13,437 nt of DNA from Methanobacteriaceae archaeon. GTDB taxonomy: Archaea; Methanobacteriota; Methanobacteria; Methanobacteriales; Methanobacteriaceae. A program made the position numbers and the translations under genes. The notes under the pieces were generated by a model that made no database searches, was not told where the DNA came from, and worked only from the letters and a program-made list of their open reading frames with translations. Position 1 is the stretch's first letter; each line of letters starts with the position of its first letter. Positions 8,351 to 13,437 of this stretch are shown piece by piece. Location: contig PWMT01000041.1 in NCBI GenBank assembly GCA_003558085.1, forward strand, positions 1 through 13,437. The letters are read 5' to 3'.

Positions 8351-9268
8351 ATGATCGAGCCCATGCTAGCCACCCTGGTTAAAGAAAAAATTCATTTAAA
8401 GGGTAAATGGATTATTGAACCTAAATATGATGGTGGAAGAATAATCGCTCAACGCGAAGGAGATAAAATAAATTTATGGACTCGTAGACACGTTAATGCG
8501 GTCCATAAATTTCCAGAAGTAGTTGAATCTTTACAAAATAATATCGAAAGTATAAAATGGGTTTTAGATGGAGAAATCACTGTGGCTGGTGGTTTTAGAG
8601 AATTATTAAAGCGTAATGTAGAAGATAATTTTAAAATCAGTATTTTATCCCGTAAAATGCCTGCCACCTATAATATATTTGATATTCTCCACTTGAATGG
8701 TGAAGATCTAACCAAAAAATCATTCATTGAACGTAAGGCAATTCTAATAAAAGTAGTTAAATTAAATGAACATATTGATCTGGTTCCCTTCCAGGAAACC
8801 AGTGATAAAGAATGGAAAAATCATTTTAAGGAATATCTGGAATATGGTTTTGAAGGTGCAATTCTTAAAAAAGCTGATTCTCCTTATGAACCTGATAAAA
8901 GATCATATAACTGGATAAAAGTAAAAAAACAGGATACTATCGATGTATATGTGGTGGGTGCTACAAAAAGCACTGGCAGTATTCCTTTTGGTGCTTTAAT
9001 CCTTAAAAAAGATGGGAAATTCTTCGGAAAAGTGGGTACTGGATTTAGTGAAAACGAGCGAAAATTCATTCTAAATATCCTAGAAAAAAACAGAGCTCCG
9101 TTGGATATAGATCTACCAGAAAAGGTAAAATCTGAATTATTAATCACTACCAAACCTCTTTTAGCTGAGATAAGAGTTCAAGAAATAATAAACGATTCTC
9201 CCCGGGCTCCGGTATGGGTACGTTTTCGATGGGATTATCAACCGGATTTTTCTACATCTTATAACTGA
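8351..9268 (+). CDS. Stand-alone ATP-dependent DNA ligase (LigD/LigC-type ligase domain only)
   Basis: Motif I EPKYDG, III LDGEI, IIIa FDIL, IV EGAILK, V WIKVK, OB-fold VGTGF and VI P.W.RFRWD; RBS AGGAGA at 8335-8340; 26 bp after ku. Confidence 0.92.
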   Translation: MIEPMLATLVKEKIHLKGKWIIEPKYDGGRIIAQREGDKINLWTRRHVNAVHKFPEVVESLQNNIESIKWVLDGEITVAGGFRELLKRNVEDNFKISILSRKMPATYNIFDILHLNGEDLTKKSFIERKAILIKVVKLNEHIDLVPFQETSDKEWKNHFKEYLEYGFEGAILKKADSPYEPDKRSYNWIKVKKQDTIDVYVVGATKSTGSIPFGALILKKDGKFFGKVGTGFSENERKFILNILEKNRAPLDIDLPEKVKSELLITTKPLLAEIRVQEIINDSPRAPVWVRFRWDYQPDFSTSYN

Positions 9269-9396
9269 ATCCATAATATTGACTGCCATCAGTTTCGATT
9301 TTAATTAATATTATTAATTATTACAAAATTAAATAAAAAAAAATGTGATTTTGCCTGTGTTAATTTTGGGATGCATATCCCTATTTATTTTGATCA

Positions 9397-11517
9397 TTAT
9401 TTTTTAAATAAATGTTTTAGTTTAGAGTAAAAGGATTCTTTTACATCTGTTTTTTCTTCAATTATAGAAAAACCATAATGCATAAAATAATTTTGAGAGT
9501 CAATTAACTCATCATCTCTACTGATTTTCTCATAGTCTCCTTTATCATTAATTTTTCTAGCTTTAACATTGTCTTTCAGCTGTATATTTAGCATATGCAT
9601 AATTTTTTTCTTTAAAATTAGATTTTCAATAGGAAAAGTGACTTCAACTCTTCTTTCAGTATTTCTAAGCATTAAATCGGCGCTGGATAAATATATGGAA
9701 TTATCTTCTCCAGTACCAAAACAATAAATCCTTGAATGTTCTAAAAACCTGCCTACAATACTAATAATTTCAATATTTTCAGTTTTACCCGGTAATCCTG
9801 GAATTAAACAACAAATACCCCTGACTATTAATTTAATTTTTACCCCAGCAGTGGATGCTTTTTTTAACATGTCAATCAAATCTCTATCTGAGAAAGAATT
9901 CATTTTCATGATAATACTAGCTGGGCGATCATTTTTGGCCTTTTCGATTTCCAAATTGATTTTTTCAATTAATTTAGGTTTAAATCCAAAAGGTGAAACT
10001 AATAGATGTTCATAATCATCATTTAAATTAGAGATTGCCATGTTTTTAAAGAATAACATAGCATCTTCCCCTATAATCTGTTTTGTTGTAATAAAACTTA
10101 AATCAGTGTATAATTTACTGGTTTTTTCATTATAGTTACCGGTACCCATTTGAGTAATATATTGGATCTTATTTCTCTCTTTTCGGGTAATCAAACATAC
10201 TTTTGAATGTACTTTATACTCTTCAAAGCCGTACAAAATGGTGCAACCTGCCTCTTCTAATAAACTGGCATAATGAATATTATTCTCTTCATCGAATCTG
10301 GCTCTAAGTTCAATTAACACCGTCACATCCTTTCCATTTTCACGTGCTTCCAATAGATATTTTATTATGGAGGAAGACCGGGCCAATCTATAGATAGTAA
10401 TTTTAATGGATATCACATTTTCATCATTAGCTGCTTCTTTTAACAATCTTAAAAATGGTTCTATAGACTCAAATGGATAAAAAAGTAGAAAATCTCTCTT
10501 TTTTAGCTGAGGAATAATTGCTCCTTCTTTTATATATTTTGGTATTTTAGGATAAAATGGATTAAATGATAGTTTATGAAATAGTAATTCATTTACTGCT
10601 TCAATGTGATCATATAATTCAAATACATAAGTCATGTCTAAAGGAGTTTTGGAGAGTTGTACTTGATTTTTTCGAATATTCAGCTGATCACATAAAAAAT
10701 TTAATAATCTTAAATCAGAATATTTGTATAATTCTAAACGGATTGGTGCTAAACGAGTTCTTTTCTTTAAAATTTTTTTCATAAAGCCTCTAAAATCTTC
10801 ATCTTCATCTATTTGAGAATCAGATAAACCAATATCTGCATTTCTAGTAACAGAAGCTATGGTTTTGAATTCCACTTTGTAATTTGAAAAGAGTTCATCA
10901 GCATATTCAAGTAGTATTTTTTCCAGTAAAATAAAACGCATTTCATCCTGGGGAGAATAGATAATCTTAGGTAAAGAGGAAGGGACGGGAATAAGTCCAT
11001 ATAATGTTTCCCCTTTATTTTTCATTATTAACATTACATTTAAGGATTTGTTCAATAAATGAGGAAAAGGATGGTGAGTATCAATAATTTGAGGAGATAA
11101 AAGTGGAAGAATGCAATTAAAGAAATATTTATTAATAAATTTAGTTTCATTTTCAGTTAAATCATCAAAATCCAGATCATGGATACCTTCCTTTTTTAAC
11201 TGATAATTGAGAGAGTTGAATACGCCGTCTCGACGTTTGTATAGGAATATGGTCTGCTCAAAGATAGCATCTAATTGATCCTGTGCATTCAAACCAGTTT
11301 TATTGTCCACATAATCATTATAAATAAGGGATAGATCATATAAACTTCCACATCTAACCATATAAAATTCATCTAAATTACTTGTAAAAATAGATATGAA
11401 TTTTAAACGTTCTAATAAGGGGACAGAATCATCTTCTGCTTCTTCTAAAACTCGATCATTAAATTTTAGCCAGGATAATTCGCGGTTTTGGGTAAAACTA
11501 TAATCCCGTTTAGACAT
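9397..11517 (-). CDS. ppk1: Polyphosphate kinase 1
   Basis: NRELSWLKFN.RVL, NLDEF, HPFP, TIYRL, ELRARFDEENNI, KVHSK (phospho-His), GTGNYN, RFLEHSR, SSAD and RRVE motifs. Confidence 0.97.
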   Translation of the reverse strand: MSKRDYSFTQNRELSWLKFNDRVLEEAEDDSVPLLERLKFISIFTSNLDEFYMVRCGSLYDLSLIYNDYVDNKTGLNAQDQLDAIFEQTIFLYKRRDGVFNSLNYQLKKEGIHDLDFDDLTENETKFINKYFFNCILPLLSPQIIDTHHPFPHLLNKSLNVMLIMKNKGETLYGLIPVPSSLPKIIYSPQDEMRFILLEKILLEYADELFSNYKVEFKTIASVTRNADIGLSDSQIDEDEDFRGFMKKILKKRTRLAPIRLELYKYSDLRLLNFLCDQLNIRKNQVQLSKTPLDMTYVFELYDHIEAVNELLFHKLSFNPFYPKIPKYIKEGAIIPQLKKRDFLLFYPFESIEPFLRLLKEAANDENVISIKITIYRLARSSSIIKYLLEARENGKDVTVLIELRARFDEENNIHYASLLEEAGCTILYGFEEYKVHSKVCLITRKERNKIQYITQMGTGNYNEKTSKLYTDLSFITTKQIIGEDAMLFFKNMAISNLNDDYEHLLVSPFGFKPKLIEKINLEIEKAKNDRPASIIMKMNSFSDRDLIDMLKKASTAGVKIKLIVRGICCLIPGLPGKTENIEIISIVGRFLEHSRIYCFGTGEDNSIYLSSADLMLRNTERRVEVTFPIENLILKKKIMHMLNIQLKDNVKARKINDKGDYEKISRDDELIDSQNYFMHYGFSIIEEKTDVKESFYSKLKHLFKK

Positions 11518-12421
11518 TTTGGTACCTATTTAATACTTTTTTAAATAAATAGCCTTCTCTAACACTATTTTTACTGGTTTGTATTTCTTCACATCCAAAA
11601 TAAGAAGTAATTGATTCTAATATTAGTAAAGCAGGGACTAAGGTATGAATTCTAGATGGTTTAAGCTGTAGTATTTTGTTATAAGTATCTTTATTATTGT
11701 GGTTCAATTCTTTTTTCAGCTTTTTTAATAATTTAACCTCAATTAAATCCGCTTTCTTTTTCTGCAAATTTAAATCCAGTAATATTTTTTCAATGGTGCG
11801 AATACTTCCACCTACTCCACACATAAAAAGAATTTTTTCTTCATTATTAATACCAATTTTCTCTAATTCAGAGTATGTTCTCTCTTTAATCGAATTAGAT
11901 TCTATTTTATCTGGTATAATATCAGAAACATACTCGTCATACATTTTTAAAGAACCAATGGGAATAGTGTACTTTTCCTTAATTTTTTTATTCTTAAAAA
12001 GTACAATTTCAACACTGCCCCCACCTAAATCAATTAAAACCCCATTATCCTTTTTAATGGTGGAAACTGATCCAAAAAAGCTTAATTCACCCTCTTCCTC
12101 ACCCGACAATAAATCAATTTCTATATCTATTTTATCTTTAATAATTTGAATAACATAATCACTATTTTCAATATTTCTCAATACAGCTGTAGAAAAGAAA
12201 CTGTAACTCTTTATTTTTAAATAATCTAAATCGTTTTTGATTTTTTTAAGAAAATTGACTAATTTTTCAATGCCTTTATTGGATAATTTACCTTTCTTTA
12301 TAAAAAATACTAAACCTAAATTTTCTTTTTTTGAAAAAAGCAGGCTTATTTCATTATCTTTATAGTGATAAACGTTTAATTTAACTGTGTTTGACCCAAT
12401 ATCTACGATCCCATATAACAT
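11510..12421 (-). CDS. ppx: Exopolyphosphatase, Ppx/GppA family, short form
   Basis: VDIGSNT, LSGEEEG, IDLGGGSVE, GVGG and VREG motifs. Overlaps the ppk1 start by 8 bp. ATG 12421 is preceded by GGGGT (alternative start 12433). Confidence 0.92.
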   Translation of the reverse strand: MLYGIVDIGSNTVKLNVYHYKDNEISLLFSKKENLGLVFFIKKGKLSNKGIEKLVNFLKKIKNDLDYLKIKSYSFFSTAVLRNIENSDYVIQIIKDKIDIEIDLLSGEEEGELSFFGSVSTIKKDNGVLIDLGGGSVEIVLFKNKKIKEKYTIPIGSLKMYDEYVSDIIPDKIESNSIKERTYSELEKIGINNEEKILFMCGVGGSIRTIEKILLDLNLQKKKADLIEVKLLKKLKKELNHNNKDTYNKILQLKPSRIHTLVPALLILESITSYFGCEEIQTSKNSVREGYLFKKVLNRYQNV

Positions 12422-12650
12422 AAATAACCCCATATATACAATTATAAAAAAATTAGATTAGTTCCATGTATCCTCAAGAGACTAGATAACGCTCTCTAAT
12501 CACCAAGTCCATAAATGTATATCTATTTTGACATTATGAACCATAAATGTTGGTATTAAATTAAAATTAAAAAAATTAATTATGACTTTCCTATAGTCCT
12601 GGCCATAGTAGAATATTAAGTTAAAAAATAAAAATAACTCTGGTGATTAA

Positions 12651-13098
12651 TTGAATTCCTGGCAAAGTGAATTAAAAGAGATCCGGTACCTAAACTCCTG
12701 TCTTTAAAAATGAAGCAATAAAATATTTTACATTAGGTGCTATTTTAGATAGAGGGTTGAATCTATTGAAAATATGTGGGAATTACCTGAAGTCAGAAAA
12801 ATCCTCAAAAAGTAGCAGAATGATGGTTCATGGAAATATCCTACTAAAAAACATATGCCTCAGTTAGATTACACCCAATATCAAACTTACTTGGTTTTAA
12901 GTGAACTGGTTGAAAAATATGGATAAAACTATGAGCATGAATCAATAAAAAATGCTGCAGAATTTCTTTTCCAGTTTCAAGTGAAGAAGGTGATTTTCGC
13001 GGAATCTATGCTAATCAATATTCCACCACCTATTCACCAGCCATTATGGAAATTTTAATTAAGGCAGGATATAGTAATGATAAGCGCATTTATAAGGA
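12651..13098 (+). pseudogene. Degraded, 3'-truncated second copy of the QW-repeat gene at 6265-7235
   Basis: RBS GGTGA at 12642-12646 and TTG start. Reconstructed MNSWQSELK.DPVPKLL...WELPEVRKILK..Q.DGSWKYP...DYTQYQTY...KAGY aligns with copy 1. Contains -1 frameshifts near 12679, 12710, 12755 and 12979, and stops TAG 12813-12815 and TAA 12924-12926. Confidence 0.9.
12907..13051 (+). repeat. Direct repeat copy 2 (near-identical core shared with 6524-6669)
   Basis: Same alignment as copy 1; offset about 6383 bp. Confidence 0.95.
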
Positions 13099-13134
13099 TC
13101 CTTTTTTTCATGGATACTTATCAAATCATAAAAG

Positions 13135-13285
13135 TGTGTTGCCTGCATACTAACTCGTCTGGTTCATCGGTAGATAACCCTTCCCTCCCCGAGCAACCCT
13201 CGAAGCAGGCAGTCTGTCCAATGCTGGGTTTCTCCTATTCATACTAGGCTATCGCCCTGTCATAAGAGGACCGTAGGCATCAGTA
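13135..13285 (-). ncRNA. Putative structured RNA, probably IS110-family non-coding end (bridge/seek RNA-like)
   Basis: About 53% GC (74/140 at 13141-13280) in AT-rich surroundings; two multi-stem domains (13218-13283 and 13140-13211), each carrying UAGUAUG on its 3' side; upstream TATA box. Family assignment is from remembered resemblance, not a search. Confidence 0.55.
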
Positions 13286-13302
13286 CTATGATGTGACAAT
13301 AA

Positions 13303-13316
13303 TATATTTATTTTCA
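13303..13316 (-). promoter_or_regulatory. BRE/TATA-like promoter for the structured RNA
   Basis: Minus strand GAAAA-TAAATATA, about 20-27 bp upstream of the first stem at 13283. Confidence 0.4.
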
Positions 13317-13390
13317 AAACTACTTATGGTTTTCGATAGTAATTTTGACCATAGATTAATGCTTTTGATTCTGATTATAGATAAACTCCA

Positions 13391-13437
13391 TTTATAATAA
13401 AAAAAATGAACGAAAAAATGAAATATAGGGGGGGTGA
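13391..13437 (+). promoter_or_regulatory. TATA box and RBS for a gene starting just beyond the window
   Basis: TTTATAAT at 13391-13398 and GGGGTGA at 13431-13437; same layout as upstream of ku. Confidence 0.5.

Larger units (their letters stand above)
13099..13320 (-). mobile_element. Probable IS110-family left-end remnant lacking the recombinase ORF
   Basis: On the minus strand a promoter and the structured RNA are followed by TATCCATGAAAAAAAGGA (RBS-like), which breaks off abruptly into the pseudogene. Outer boundary uncertain. Confidence 0.45.

Noticed and set aside
9302-9320. Inverted repeat TAATTAATA-T-TATTAATTA between the convergent ligase and ppk1
   Set aside because: A/T only in a very AT-rich spacer, so likely chance. 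The adjacent A-tract (9331-9343) is a simpler terminator candidate for ppk1.
8449-12149. Antisense ORFs 8449-8667, 8884-9153, 10566-10784, 11697-12149
   Set aside because: Fully overlap the ligase, ppk1 or ppx on the opposite strand; Phe/Ser/Ile-rich composition typical of shadow frames.
6481-13065. Diversity-generating retroelement TR/VR pair
   Set aside because: Mismatches between the repeats are not adenine-specific (T/C, C/T and T/G changes plus indels), homology extends over the whole 5' gene, and no reverse transcriptase is present.
13135-13290. Hammerhead ribozyme, group II intron end, tRNA or SRP/RNase P identity for the GC-rich element
   Set aside because: CUGAUG is followed by CC rather than the hammerhead CUGAUGA core. 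No domain V AGC...GAAA signature, no cloverleaf or TTCGA arm in proper context, and no SRP or RNase P consensus was recognised.
1-13437. CRISPR array, rRNA/tRNA, integrase or intact transposase
   Set aside because: No regularly spaced repeats, RNA gene signatures or recombinase ORFs seen in the window.

Overview
AT-rich prokaryotic DNA, most likely from a methanogenic archaeon of the Methanobacteriaceae type (GGTGA/GGAGG ribosome-binding sites, TATA-like promoters, gene order; host assignment is inference). Left half (1-6044): a co-oriented five-gene trehalose cluster (GalT/HIT-like nucleotidyltransferase truncated by the window edge, otsB, NDP-sugar pyrophosphorylase, divergent phosphohexomutase, otsA). 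Right half: an accessory block in which a Ku + ATP-dependent ligase pair (minimal NHEJ) converges on a bacterial-type ppx-ppk1 operon. This four-gene block is bracketed by two direct-repeat, disrupted copies of a QW-repeat (prenyltransferase/squalene-cyclase fold) gene that are diverged overall but share a ~146-bp almost identical core. The second copy is cut off at a 10-bp palindrome (13094-13103) and fused to a GC-rich, structured ~150-nt minus-strand element with its own TATA box. That element looks like the non-coding (bridge-RNA-like) left end of an IS110-family element that has lost its recombinase.
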